A stretch of DNA of 64,000 nucleotides. Origin: Octopus sinensis (lineage: Eukaryota). Shown here one piece after another: positions 24,890 through 39,831 of the stretch. Position numbers and translations under genes: made by a program. How positions within the stretch are numbered: position 1 is the first letter of the stretch; the number at the start of each line of letters is the position of its first letter. The notes beneath the pieces were generated by a model that saw only the letters and a program-made list of their open reading frames with translations, ran no database searches and was not told the DNA's origin. The stretch lies in NCBI RefSeq assembly GCF_006345805.1, contig NC_043014.1:32426001-32490000 (forward strand), read 5' to 3'.

Positions 24890-25610
24890 GCCTGAGATGC
24901 TAGTGTTTTTCCTGTCCCTACCCACTCTCTTTGGCGCTTGACATTTTTATAGAGAATCCATTTCTTATCACCAGTCACTATTTGGTCAAAAAATAGGTTC
25001 ATTCATGAGACATAACAGCAAAGAAGAGCACGCATTCACTCTCTATGTGCGATTAGACTCGAAATTTTGTGAGGAACCCATTGACCCAATTTGCTGACTT
25101 TTCTGATGGCATGCAGGTATTGATGAATGATTGAATGACCAACTCCAAGCTTTTCTGCTAGTTCCTCAATAGTTACGATGGGATTTTGTTCCACCAGGGT
25201 TTGCAGGACGTCCTCATTGAGCTCTACAGATATTCCAGGACGAAGCTTGTCTTCTAGGCTGTAGTTTCCGGCTTGGAATTTCTGGAACCACTGTTGACTA
25301 TCGCTTATGTTTATTGTCCGATCCCCATATACTGTATTAATATTCCTTGCACTTTCCATTGCATTGTTGCCTTTATTGAACTCATAAAGCAAAATATGCC
25401 GAATATGCTCCTTTATCACTTCTATTATGGCTTTGAAAAATAACTGTTAAAATCAAACTGCACTTTTAAAAACTTGCACTAAGAATAAAAACAAGGTAAA
25501 ATTACTACCTGCTTTTATAGCAAGTTGATGCAGGTAGCTTATCCCATCCCCCTCCGACTTTTAGATCATGCAATTGAAAAAACTGCATTGTTTATGGGAT
25601 GACCCAGTAT
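24890..25610 (-). mobile_element. Mariner transposon 5' half with TIR
   Basis: ORF 25036-25419 EHIRHILLYEFNKG...WFQKFQAGNYSLEDK...GQWVPH, followed by QIVTGDKKWILYKN. TIR-like TA-CTGGGTCATCCCATAA at about 25590-25610. Confidence 0.92.
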
Positions 25611-27294
25611 ATGCTGAGGTATTATACTTTTGCTATTTCTCTATTTCATATTTTGTGGAAATGGTAGCAGGTAGTTTAGTTAGCAGATTACTGACCAGAA
25701 ATTTGTGTAATATGTGTTTTGGTTTGCTTCCTTTCAGTGCCACATAACAGTGCCTGCCCAGTGCCATGTAAAAGCACCTGTGTAGTGCCATGTAAGAGCG
25801 CCCATGCTGTACCATGTAAAAGCATCCATGCTTTGCCACATGAAAAACACCTTTGCAGTTCCACATAAAAGTGCCCATGAATTGCCATGTAAAAGCTCTC
25901 AGAACTCTTTCTAAAGTAGTTGGTGTTAGGAAGGGCATCCAGCTGTAGAAACCTTGTCAAATCGGACTGGGGCCTATGGTACAGCTCTGGTCAAACTGTT
26001 CAACTCATGCCAGCTTGGACAACAGACCTTAAATGCTGCTACTGCTGCTGATGATGATGATAATGATGACGAAATGTGTTGAGTTAATTACACACTCTGT
26101 GTGTGTGTGTGTGTGTGTGTGTGGATATGTATGTTTGTGTGCATTTGTGCATACATGTGTGTAATTAACTCAATATCGTCGTTATATGTAGATACCTAAT
26201 TGGATATTGATGAGTTAATAATTAACGAGATAGTAAGGATTAGTTCTATATTCATGGCAACCTACATACTACCATAGTATGGATTCAATTTCATAGTAAC
26301 ATAGATACACATACATAAATATTATATATCTGGTGATGTGATTAACACTGTGTCCTCATCTCTCTTCATTTGTCTGTCCTCATTATATGCAGATCAAAAG
26401 CAATTCATTGCTATGGTATTTTTACTAGATTCCTTAGGTGCAGGTGTGGCTGTGTGATAAAGCATTTGCTTCCCAGTTGCATGGTCCTGGTTTCAGACCA
26501 CTGCATGGTACCTTGGGCAAGTGTCTTCTACTATAGCCCTGGACTGGGCTGACTAAAGCCTTAGGAGTGAATTTGTAAACAGAAACTGAAAGCAATCTTC
26601 AGGCTCTGCATGCATGACCTATACAATTTATAAATCAGGATGCTAGAACAAGAGAAATCACGAGAAAAAAATAAGTGGAATGGTGAAAAAATGGAAAACA
26701 AAACGGAATTCAAATTCAAATTCAAATTACCATCCTGGATTCTTGAAGCTGGCAGACAAGCAATTCTCTGACTAGTGAGGTTCAGCTGTACACATACACA
26801 CACACACACACCACAACACAAGCACAAACGCACACACACACACACACACACTCCATATACATGTACACACATGCATGTTCTCACACACCCTAACAGGTGT
26901 ACATATTCTCCCCTGTATAACTCTCTTGCTATTAAACTAATAATTATAATTTTGTACTTCCACATAGTCAGAGGTCAAACATGTTAGCATATTCCACACA
27001 TGCTCTTTTTCCCTTTTCTTCTTCTCTTTCCTTCTCATCCCAGTTTTGCCTGGACTATTCCCTACCATCCAAAGAAGGAATATGTCCAAAGCATAATATA
27101 TACATGCATACACACATAAAATCTGCAAAATAAGCTTACAAAAATGCATATATGCATGCAAATATACACCTACATATATACATACGTACATAAATACATA
27201 CATACATACATACATACATACATACATACATACATTCATATATACATACATATATACATACATACATACATATATACATACATTCATATATACA

Positions 27295-27328
<34 letters not shown>

Positions 27329-27409
27329 CATACATACATATATACATACATACATATATACATACATACATATATACATACATACATACATACATACATA
27401 CATTCATAG

Positions 27410-28050
27410 ATGATGAATGCCCCATCTTCACAGAAGATTGCTGTCTCTGTGATATCTCCACCAAGTACCTTTAGAGACAGCAAACGTTGACAGACAACAA
27501 ATGTAGGCCATGCAAGACCAATATATAAGACGTCAACTACATTATCACCAACTGTGAGAGGATGTCTTCCAGGTATTATCTTCCCATAAGGTATGATACG
27601 GTAACCAGAATGGCCTGGAACAGGATAACAAAATAGAAAATACCGACAAAGCTGACCATATTGAGACTGATGGATCAAAAGAATATTGGTGGAATAAAAG
27701 AATTAAAAGAACCATCAAGTTAAAACACAACCAGCCAGATATCGTTGTGTGGGACCACAAAGAAAAGATATGTTCTGCTATGGAAATCAGCTGCCCTCTG
27801 GACACTAATGTGGTTAGAAAAATACAAGAAAATGGGGACATATATGGACCGTTGATAAGGGATTTGCAAATCCAGTACCTAAGATACATTTTTAGCTTCA
27901 TACTTATTATCATTGGAGAAAAAGGATATATACCAACCTGTCTGGGGTAAAGTGTGGCTGAACTTGAAATCTTGAGGAGAGAACGTAAATCTTTGATTCA
28001 TATGCTACAAATGATAACTGGGACTTCAAAAATCTGTAAGAGTTTCTTAT
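27410..28050 (+). mobile_element. R4/Dong-type (restriction-like endonuclease) non-LTR retrotransposon 3' fragment, copy 1
   Basis: CRPCKTNI*DVNYIITNC (CCHC-derived), RYYLPIRYD, and HNQPDIVVWDHKEKICSAMEISCPLDTN (PD-(D/E)xK-type RLE). Confidence 0.85.
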
Positions 28051-28174
28051 GATTGAAAGGATGATGGTAAAATCATATTTTCCTTTGCAACTTTGCTACA
28101 AAGTAGGAGGTTGGTCAAAATTTAGTTCTAAGATTAAAAAGGGAAAGAAAAGTACATACATATATAATAGACGT

Positions 28175-29345
28175 GATATAGTAATTTGGGATAGAGAAGA
28201 GAAACTGTGTACAATTGGGCAAATCAGCTGCCCAGCGGATCATCATCATCATCATCACCATCATCAACATCATCTTTTAACATCCATTGTCCATGCTGGC
28301 ATGGATTGGATGGCTTTACCAGGGCTGGTAAGCTGAGGGGCTGCACCAGACTCCAGTCTGATTTGACATGGTTTCTACAGCTGGATGCCTTTCCCAATGC
28401 CAATCACTCTATGAGTGTAATGGGTATTTTTATGTGCCACCAGCATGGGTGCCAATTGTATGACACCAGTATCCACCACGACTACAATTTCACTTGGCTC
28501 ATATTGCCAAGGGTCTCAGTCATTTGTCGTTGCTTCTGTGAGGCCCAACACTTGAAAGGTGCTTTTTATGTGCCACCTACATGACACTGATATTGGCCAC
28601 ATTGCCTCTGTGAGGCCCAACGCTCAACAAGTGTTTTTTATGTGCCACCAGCATTGGCTACGTTGCCTCCATGAGGCCCAGTGCTTGACAGGTACATTTT
28701 ACATGCCACCAGCACAGGTGCCAATTACATGACCCTTGGCATCGGCCACATTGCTGCCATGAGGCCCTACACTAAACAGGTGCTTTTTACATGCCGCAAT
28801 GTTAACATAAAGCTAAAAATAAGTAAAAAAAGAAAATACCTATACTAAACTATTAAGGAATCTACAACTACTCTATCCAGATTACAAGTTGAGGTCTATA
28901 CCTGTAATTATTTGTGCACTGGGGTATGTAAAACACTACCTAGATACCAACCTTGAGAAATTAGGCTTCTCAAAATCAGAAAGGAGAAAGCTGATTCAAA
29001 GACTACAGATCCAATCCAGCACTGGAACTGTAAAACATCTGCAAAACTTTCCAGAAGATTATCAATTAAATATATCCAAGCATGTCTAGATATGCAACTA
29101 TATGCATGAGAATACATACACAAAACCAAACATACAAATCTACACACATACATACATACATACATACATACATGCATACATACATACATACATACATACA
29201 TACATACATACATACATACATACATACATACATACAAAAATACCCTGTTGATGTTGTTGAAATTCCAGTGAAGGAGCCTTGGATCTTGGTTAGAAACTGA
29301 CGTTTTCTCTATTGGCAGGAAATCTTAAATAAAACTGAATAATGA
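28175..29345 (+). mobile_element. R4/Dong-type fragment copy 2 with 3' UTR, interrupted by a family-B element (about 28235-28800)
   Basis: IVIWDREEKLCTIGQISCPAD, then LQLLYPDYKLRSIPVIICALGYVKHYLDTNLEKLGF...; the UTR ends in a (CATA) repeat at about 29345. Confidence 0.82.
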
Positions 29346-29509
29346 CATACATACTTTCGAAATTCATTGAATGAATAGTCCTGAAGATGGTAACGTTAGA
29401 AATTACAGTGATTTAGCGAACATAATCATTCATTATATGAAAGACTAGTTGCAAAATATTCTCTCTCAAATATAGACTTGAGACACTAGAGTTAATAATG
29501 TCCCCAGAC

Positions 29510-29670
29510 AGAGAAAGAAATTGCACATTGGAATGGAAAGCAAATGCTGAACAGATGTCAAAATAGTGTTAAAGATAAGTGAAACAGAAAATATCTATGC
29601 CAAACTATTGAGAAATTTGTAGGTACAACAGCAAGACTATAGCTTTAGATATATACCAGTAATTATTATA
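29510..29670 (+). mobile_element. R4/Dong-type fragment copy 3 (old)
   Basis: KISETENIYAKLLRNL*VQQQDYSFRYIPVII aligns by eye to copies 1 and 2. Confidence 0.6.
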
Positions 29671-30942
29671 TAATTAATTGCTTCGGTAACAATCGTTAGG
29701 CGCTAAAAGGACATGAGTAATTTAAAAATTATGATTATAAACCAATAGAAAAATGTGCAAAAATGCGTTTTATAGCTTAGAAGTTTAGCTTTGTTATAAG
29801 AATATGAATAATTGTATGCAACAAATATGTGTAGACATGCATGAGTCAAAACATGCAGATTTCAGGCTAAGAATTACATGTATGCAAGTATACAAACATG
29901 CACACAAATACATACATGAAAAGAGATATGTTCATACACACACACACATACTTACACATACACATACATACTTTTGTACATATATACACATGGGTGCACA
30001 TGTACATACATACACACACATACATACATACATATATGTATACACACATAAATTCATACACACATGCGTATTAAAATACATGTCTGCCTGGTGGCTGTTA
30101 TCTAAATTCCAGTGAAGGAACATTGTTCCTGTCTTAGAGACAGGAGGGAAATTTGTAAAATAAAACCGAAAGGAATTACATAGATAGATACAAATTTACA
30201 TCCCAATTGATGCACACATACATACATACAAAGATACATCATACATACATACATACATCATACATACATACATGCATGAATACATACATACATACATACA
30301 TACATACATACATACATACATACATACATACATACATACATACATACATACATACATACATACATACATCATACATACATCATACATACATCATGCATCA
30401 TACATACATACATACATACATACATACATACATACATACATACATACATCATACATACACATACATACATCATATACATACATACATCATACATACATAC
30501 AACATCATACATACATCATACATACATACATACATCATACATACATACATCATACATACATACATCATACATACATACATACATACATACTACGGTACAC
30601 AGATGTTTGAATCAAATTAAACTGATCATTCAGCTCTTAATTCTATTCAGCTTCGTTTAAACAAGGACAGCGAATCATCACATCGACCAAATTAATTAAA
30701 GACTATTGTATTGACAAATTAAGGAGAAGATAAATAAAAGCAAATGCAAAAAGAAAAGCAAACTGGTAAAGAAGGACATAATTTAGTTTAATGAATGGTG
30801 GAGAGATCAATTGATGTTTGGAGAGATATAAGAATGTTTGGTAAGAATGTGTGGCATGTTGTTTGGGAATAGAACATTAAGTAATGATGAGGTGTGTTCA
30901 AAAGCTATGATTGACAAAGTGGCTGTGAATATATATCTGCAT

Positions 30943-31022
<80 letters not shown>

Positions 31023-31025
31023 TTA

Positions 31026-31057
<32 letters not shown>

Positions 31058-32488
31058 CCTATCTATCTACCTATCTATCTATCCATTATCTGTCATCTAT
31101 ATATCATCATCATCTATATATATATATATTTATTAATTTATTTTTAATCATTATATATATATTGGAAATTTCATTTGAAGCAGCTTGAATAATGTAAGCA
31201 TTATTAATATGACATACATAATAATGTATGTCATATGATTAGGGTAGAGGTTATTAAAATCTGGAAAATGTGCAGAAACCATTTGATAATAAAACAATGT
31301 GAACCCTATGGAGTATGTATGTATGTACATATGTATGTATATATATATATAGATAGATACATACATACATACATATGTACATACATACATACATATATGT
31401 GTGTGTATATCTATCTAACTATGTATGTATGTATGCAAGTGTTGGTGTGTTTACGTTCCTGTAACTTAGCAGATTAGCAAACGGGACTGATAGAATAAGT
31501 ACCAGGCTTAAAAAGAAAATAAGTATTGGGGTCGATTCATTCAACTAAAAATCCTTTAAGGTGGTGCTCTAGCATGGCTGCAGTCTAATGACTGAAACAA
31601 GTAAAAGGTAAAACAGGATACACATGTCCTCAAATATATGATAGGTTAAGAAATCATTTGCATACTTTTTACTGAGCCACCATCAATGTATCACGGCTAA
31701 TTTCTAATAATACTGTGGAACACGGATTTTGTCCTTCAGTAGCAACTGTTATTTCCTGTTTGCTTATTCCTAGAAAGTATGAAAAGTGGCTAATATTTCC
31801 TTCAAACTTTGCTTTTGTTATGATATTCAAACTCCAAAGAATCCTTCTCAGCACATGAGTATGATGCTCCCCCACTACTCCTGCTCATGATCAGAGATGC
31901 ACATGTTGCCAGCCACTAAGAGACATGCTCAAGTGGTTATGGTCAAGCAAATGACAAGCAAATCTGTGGTGTTGAACAGAATATTTGCTATAACAATATT
32001 TCTGCTTCAGCAACTCGGAGCTGAATCTATCTGAAATGTAATGGAAAATAGGTCAGTTTCAAAAATTTGATGTCCAGGTCACAAAAGCAAAGTTTGAAGG
32101 GAATAGTAATCATTTCCTTTGATTTCTAGATAGAAGCAAATAAGAAATAACACTTACTGACCAAAGACAGAAAAAAAAATTTAAAGAATTTTGTTACACA
32201 GTATAATATAAAAACTAACCAATGCAGAAGTTACCATTGATATACAGTTATGCAGACATACATCTTATAGCAACATGTAGAACATTATTTTTATACCACA
32301 AGAAGATACTACCCTCAGCTATCGTAGTGTCTGTTATTTACTGCCACATCAAAATGTTATCATGTTTTTATCACACATCCATATCACCATAATATCTCTT
32401 TCTTCTTTACTGTTTGTTTGTCAGATTGTCTATCATTCTCCTTTTCTTTACCTCTCTCTTTATGTATGCGTGCGTGTATGAGTGTGTG

Positions 32489-32535
<47 letters not shown>

Positions 32536-32873
32536 AGTGTGTGTTTGTGTGTGTGTGTGTATTTATATGTATATAATGTTAACTTTGAAAGACTGTGATA
32601 AAGAGTGTGGTGGGAGAATAATGTATTCCCAATATTACCAATGAAATAACACAATGAGGAAATGAGATCACATTAGAGAGAGTGAGATGGTGTGAAAGAA
32701 GAATGAGGAAGATAGATAGATAGATAGATTGTGAGGGAGGACGAAACAGACAGACAGGCAGACAGACTTACAGACGGACGAACAGGCAAATGGACAGATG
32801 GATGGATGGATGGATGGATGGATGGATGGATAAATGGATAGACAGACAGACAGACATGTAGATACAGACAAAG

Positions 32874-32909
<36 letters not shown>

Positions 32910-33015
32910 GGACGGACGGACGGACGGACGGACGGACGACGGACGGACGGACGGACGGACGGACGACGGACGGACGGACGGATGGATGGATACATACATA
33001 CATAAGTGGGTAGAT

Positions 33016-33052
<37 letters not shown>

Positions 33053-33073
33053 TGGGTGGATGGATAGATAGAT

Positions 33074-33108
<35 letters not shown>

Positions 33109-35501
33109 CAGGGAGAGAAAACTGTTGCTGTCTTTGTGATGGCATTAGTGTACAATGCAGGGGAAAATGTGCCAACTAATCATATCTCACTGTTGTTGGT
33201 TGCAGGCTGTAAAAGAGCAAATATTCTGGTAAACTGCAAATGCTAACGTTTGTTGAATGAGAGAATGTAAGTAGCCATTAGTTATATAATACTGCATTAT
33301 GACTTCTGACATTTGCTGTATGGCTAAAGCTTTCCTTTTTCCCTCTCATCATAAAATCCTATGTAAAGACATTAAAAAGCAGCATCACATCTGCAACTCA
33401 TAACTATGTATTGGTAATCAATCCAATAAAAGAAAACTTGGAGAAAAATGTCAGAATTCTCTCCACTGAATAGATTCTTCATTCAGACAGTAAACAGAAG
33501 ACACTGCAGGATTTTTTTTTCTTTTTCTTTTTTTTTTCCTTTTTTCTTTCTTTTTTTTTTTGTCCAGCAACTGTCCATTCATCCTCTTACACAGAGTGTC
33601 GTAATCTCTTCTAATCCTACTTCCTAAGTTAGTCTTCTGCATGACTGATTAAATGTAAGCAATGACAAAATCTCAAAGGTTAAAGTTCACCTCTTGATTT
33701 CCAAATGCTGTAATTCTTCAGCATACTTAAAACTAATCCAAACAATAGGGAGTTTTTCGATATTTGCGTGGTTGTAAGAGTCTTTGATATCTAAATTAAT
33801 CAATGTTTTTAAACAGAAATATGAATAGAACCACACAGGCAGACATCACAGGAAAACAGAGAGAATTGTTTAAGTAGCTCAGTAGTCTCATAATCCACAT
33901 TGTTTTATAATCAAATGGTTTCTTCTCATTTTCCAGATTTTAATAACCTCTACCCTAATCATATTTTCTTTCACATATTACCATAGGTTGAATGAGTTGA
34001 AGCTATTTTAGTTTTGACTGGTTTCAACCAGTTACTTGCAGTTTCTGACATTTCTACAGTTTCTATTGTTTCCTAAGATTTTTGTAGAATTTCACATTTC
34101 CAAAGAATGTTAGAAATGGCTGCAGGAACTTTAGGATTGGTTTTCTTACATTTATATTTGGAAAGATTTTTTTATAGCAGTTTCAGTCAATTCAGACATG
34201 ATGGGGAAGTGGGTATTTGACCCTGTAGCATTCACATTATTCAGTCAAATATATTGCTTCTTTATTCACATAGTTTAAATTAATTATGTATTGTTTTGTA
34301 GCTTTGAGATTTTGATAATGTGATTTTTATTTTTTTAGAATGATATTGTAGGGTAGAATTGAGAAACCAGATCTGACCAGTTTGAACATAAAGCAGGTAG
34401 TATATTTTCACCGGATATATCCAGTATAAATGCTAAAGGGTTGAAGTGTTTAGCAATAATTTCAGAAGCTTTGGAATGGTTAACAGTTGGTTCAGCCATT
34501 TTGCATTGATTTTGAATTGTTTCAGTCAATTGTTTTGAAGCAGTAAGACATTTTCTGTTGTATTTGATGTGTTTTGGTCCTTTCAAGTGGTTTCAAGTGT
34601 TTCAAGTGTTTCAAGAAGGACTGTTGTTGCTTTTGTTCATTTTGGAATATAATTCTATGAGTTTTAAGGCCTGGTTTTGTATTGTTTCAGGAATATTTCA
34701 AATACAACCAAGTGGTTTCAAACAATTTAGAGTTGTTCCAGGAAGTTTTTAGGTTGCTACAATCGGCTTTCATTACATGTCCTTTTGATATTTTGGCTAT
34801 ACACACACATGCACACATGCATATATATATATATATATATAAAATATATAATGCATGAAGATGGAATGAGCAGGTTTTAATGTAAATCACTACAATTGTT
34901 TCTGTGCCTTAGTATCAGTTGTTAATTACTGAGTGTTTCATATATTATACATATTATATATATATGTATAATGTGCGAAACAGTCAGCAATTAACAGGGG
35001 ATACTAATGCACAAAAACATTTATAGTGGTTTTGATTAAAATTTATTCAATCCATCTTCTTGTATTTTTCTGTGTGAATCTCCACATGTATCTCCATATA
35101 ATATCTCTCATATAATTGCTGTTATATGAGGGTATATGGTATCTGATGTCTGCAGAGGAGCTTCGGAAAGCACATTATAAGGTTATTACCCAGATGATAT
35201 TAAATTATACACACACATACACACACACACACATACACACACACACTGACACAGGCACACACACACACACACACGAGTGCACATGCATACACACACAAGC
35301 ATGCACACACATACACATGTATGTATATCTATACCTATATCAATACATCTATATCTATCTAGCTATCTAATCTATATATATACATATATATATACACACA
35401 CACATATACATACATACATACATACATAAATATATATACATATATACAGACATATATGTATATATATACACACACACAGGCACACACGCACACATACACA
35501 T

Positions 35502-35533
<32 letters not shown>

Positions 35534-35603
35534 ATATATATATATATAAACATATATATATATATACATATATATAGATATATACACATATACACATATA
35601 TAC

Positions 35604-35655
<52 letters not shown>

Positions 35656-35819
35656 TATATATAAACATATATATATACATATATATACATATATACATAT
35701 ATACAGACATATATATTCACATATATATATGTTTTGTGTGTGTGTGTGTATGCAAAAAAGCCACCAAACAAACAGAAGAGTGGTAGCTAGGGCAAACAAA
35801 AATTATCAAGGCATGAAAT

Positions 35820-36175
35820 AATATGTTTACTGGCATCAAAGCATTTTCATGGCTTGTTCTAAAAGCTATTAAAGTTGAGAGGGTTCCAGAATTTCTGAAC
35901 TACTTGAAGCACATGTAAATGATAATCTTTGTCAACAAAACGAATTTGTAGTGGATCAGATCATCAATCATGCAAACTGCAGTGTTATTAATTCAGAACC
36001 TCCTAAATTTCCTGCAAGCATTTAAAGCAAGACCCTGGTGTTAGTGATGAAGTCTAGAGTCATTACAAGCAGTGAACATGTGGTCATATGTCATTTCATT
36101 GAAGCTGGACTTAATAGTGACACAACTGAGTATTTGAATCCCCTTGAAAAAGTTCTGATGCCATAGATTATTAAT
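35820..36175 (+). mobile_element. maT/Tc1-like transposase fragment (decayed)
   Basis: PKFPASI ... SSEHV ... HFIEAGLNSDTTEYLNPLEKVLMP*I resembles maT KFPASxMV...MPPHF...Y..VL...PWI. Confidence 0.65.
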
Positions 36176-37489
36176 TATTGTGATTCAAATATGGTTATGT
36201 TATTGTGATTCAAATAAAACACAGAAGTGACTGTATGGTCAGAAGTTGGTTTCCTAACCTTATGATTCCAAGTTCAAGTCCCACTGTGTGGCACCTTAGA
36301 CAAGTGTCTTCTACTATAGCCCCAAGCATGACCAAAGTAATGTGAGTGAATTTAGTAAACGGAAACTGAAAAAAGCCCATTATTTGTGTGTGTGTGTGTG
36401 TGTGAGTGAGAGAGAGAGAGAGAGAGAGTTTGTGTACAACTGAACCTCATTAGTCGGAGATTTGCTTGTCTGCCAGCTTCAAGAATCCAGGATGGTATTT
36501 TGAATTTGGCAGTCTTTTGTTTGAATGACTTCTGTTTGGCCAGTTGTGACCATGTCTGGTAAGTTCACCATCATCAGTTCATCTGTGTATTTTTGTGTGT
36601 ATGTGTGTTTGCATGTATCTACATATATCTTTGTGTCTGTGTTTGTCCACCTCCACCCCTTGACAACCAGTGTTGGTGTGTTTATGTCCCTGTAACTTAG
36701 CAGTGTGGAAAAAAAAGACTGATAGAATTAGTACTAAGCTTAAAGAAACAAAATTACTGAGGGTGATTCATTTGACTAAAATTCCTCCAGATTGTACTCC
36801 AGCATGGCCATAGTCTAATAACTGAAACAATTTGAAAGTAGAATGTAGAATGTTCATCCCAGACTTTGTAGCAGCATGCAATTCAAAGCATTTGTGGAAA
36901 TATTTTCAAAAGGAAATTCCCACTGTTTATTCATGTGAAAGTCTGGCAACCTTGATCACTAGGTTTGACTCTATGTAGCTTTTGGATTTGGATGTCAAAG
37001 TGGTTAAGTCCAATGCAATGTCTCACAACAGCATTGCTATAGTGATGTGAGTGAGGCAAAAGGAGACAATTCTATTATAACTGTTGATGGTGGATATGTA
37101 GAGAGCGATATCATCCCTTGTGTTAGGGCCAAATAAACAAAGTTTTATGGCTTCCTTAAAGACTCTGAAACTTATGTATGAGTGAATGAATATACATATG
37201 TAAGTGGTCATTTATACATATATCATATCATCATCATCATCATCATCGTCATCATCATCGTCATCATCATCGTCATCATTTAGTATTCATTTTCCATGCT
37301 GGCATAAGTTGAAAGGTTTGGCAGGAACTGGCCAGCCAGAGAGCAGCACCTGGCTCCAATGGTCTGTTTTGGCATGCTTTCTACAGCTGGATACCCTTCC
37401 GAATGCCAACCACTTTACAAAGTGAACTGCATACTTTTTATATGGCACCAGCATGTGTGTATATATAGGGGTTATATGTGTGTATATAT

Positions 37490-38250
37490 AGGGCTTGGAC
37501 AAAGCAATGGAAACACCTATCCATAATACCTCAAAAGCTTGTTTATGTTTATGCTTTTTGATTTATTATTAGTGTTGCATAATGTTTTGCTGAAATTGCT
37601 GTTTCTTTTCAGATGTCATCAGAAAAAGGTAATTAAGATTCATTAAAATGACAGATCTGTTGGACTTTCAAAGAGGTCAAATTGTTGGTACTCGTATGGC
37701 AGGCACTAGCATAACGAAAATAGCCGAAATGTTTGGTGTATCAAGAAGTACAGTCTTGAAAGTAATGACAGCCTTTGAGAAAGAAGGAAAAACCTCCTCG
37801 TTGAAACAAAACTCTGGAAGAAAACCAAAACTTTCAGATTGGGACTGTTGGACTCAAACACAAATTGTTAGAAAGGATCACAAAAGTACAGCTCCCAAAA
37901 TTACTGCAGAGCTTAATGACCACCTTGAGAACCTAGTTTCCACAAAACTTTTTACCAGGAGCTGCACAAAGCCAGATTTCATGGGAGGGCTGCAATCAGA
38001 AAATCACTACTTTCAAAAACAAACGTTGCAAAGAGTTTAGAATGGAGTAAAACCTACAAAATTGGTCCCTAGAGCAGTGGAAGAATGTTATTTTCTTGGA
38101 CGAGTCATCCTTTACCGTATTTCCGACCACTGGCCGAGTATACGTGTGGAGACAGCCAAAAGAGGCATTTGACCCAGACTGCTTTCTTCCAACTGTTAAA
38201 CATGGAGGAGGATCTGTGATGATCGGGGGTGGGGAGGTATATCTTGGAAA
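37490..38250 (+). mobile_element. Tc1 transposon 5' part with TIR, 3'-truncated
   Basis: TIR-like TA-(T)AGGGCTTGGACAAAGCAATGGAAACACC. ORF MTDLLDFQRGQIVGTRMAG...GVSRSTV...SGRKPKLS (paired HTH); after a frameshift, WKNVIFLDESSF...TVKHGGGSVMI. Confidence 0.93.
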
Positions 38251-39673
38251 TCCACCAGCCCAATGGTTTCCCTTCATGGCAGAATTAATAGTCAAGACAG
38301 GAACCAATGTGTCCAAGGATTGCATCAAGCTCCAATGTCTTCTTTGGCATGGTGTTTTATGGCTGGATGTTCTTTCTCATGCCACTAAAATTTACATCAT
38401 GGACTGGGTATTTTTTTGTTGTCATTTTGTGCCACCTGCATTATTGAGGTTGCCATGCAGTTCACAGAACAACAAACCCTGGGGGTTGGGGGTTGGTGTC
38501 AACGCCATGCTAGGGGGTGAGAGTGGAGGTGCATGGTTTAGTGGTTAGGATGTTGGACTCATGATTGTAAGATTGTGGTTTCAGTTCCTTGACAGGGTGA
38601 TACGTAGTGTTCATGAGCAAATCACATCATTTCGTCTTGCACCATTTCACTCAGCTAGCAAAAATGAGTAATCATACAATGGAACTGCATCCCATTCAGG
38701 AATCTATACACCATGAAGCTGAGAAACTGGTCCTTATGCGTTGACTTGAGAAAGCAACTTTTCCTACAATGGACTGATATCTCATTCAGGTGGGGAATAT
38801 ATAAGGTATGGACTGGGAAATTTACAAGTGGCTGAGCACTCCAAAAACACATATACCCTTAACATAGTTCTCAGGGAGATTCATCCAGGCACAGGATGTG
38901 ACAAGGCTTGACATTTGAATTATAAGTACAACTCATTTTTGCAAGTTGAGTGGGCTGGAACAATGTGAAATAAAGTGTCTTGCTTAAGGACACAATGCAC
39001 CACCAGGAATTGAACTCACAACTTTATGATTGTGAGTCAAATTCCCTAACCATTAAGCCACATGCATGCCATCACTAACTGTAAGGACTAGAATTTGCTG
39101 CAGTAACAAACCCTGATTTCTAAATATCTTTTTGGAAAGCTATATTACAAATACTGAGTGAAGTTACATGATTAAGTGGTTTGAGAATTCAGCTCACAAT
39201 CACAAGGTCATGAGTTCAATTCCTCGTGATGCGTTGTGTTTTTGAGCAAGACACTTTATCTCACATTGCTCCAGTCCACTCAGCTGACTAAAATAGATAG
39301 TACCTGTAATTTAAAAGGCCAGCCTTGTCACATTCTGTGTCATACTGAATCTCCATGGAAACTACGTTAAGAGTACACATGTCTGTGGAGTGCTCAGCCA
39401 CATGTACATTAATTTCATGAGCAGGCTGTTCTGTTGATCAGATCAACTGGAACCCTCATCATCGTAACCAATGGAATGCCAGTTTTTTTCATTACAAATA
39501 TTTAAGAGGTGGGGGTCATGCTAATATAATAATTAATGATGAAATATGCAGAAGTAAATGTGAATGATATTAAAAGGATTTCAGAGAAGTGAATTGAATA
39601 TGTGTTGATAGATACAATTCTATATTTAAGAGATGAGGAATCATGTACATTATATACATTATTTACATTCGAC

Positions 39674-39746
39674 GGGCATATGGCATAGTGGTTAAGAGCG
39701 CGGTCTACTAACCCCAAGATTCCGAGTTGGATTCCAAGCAGTGACC
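39674..39746 (+). promoter_or_regulatory. tRNA-derived internal Pol III promoter (SINE-like head)
   Basis: TGGCATAGTGG fits the A-box consensus; GAGTTGGATTCC fits the B box with one core mismatch; spacing is tRNA-like. Confidence 0.8.
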
Positions 39747-39757
39747 TGAACAATAAC

Positions 39758-39831
<74 letters not shown>

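Noticed and set aside
29381-29402. CUGAAGA...GAAA hammerhead-like motif
   Set aside because: Stem II cannot form with a viable loop, and no stem I or helix III partner was found.
39674-39746. Functional tRNA gene (also considered at 56830-56920)
   Set aside because: No pairing acceptor stem or TTTT terminator, B-box mismatch at 39.7 kb, and both continue into repeat bodies; these are SINE heads.
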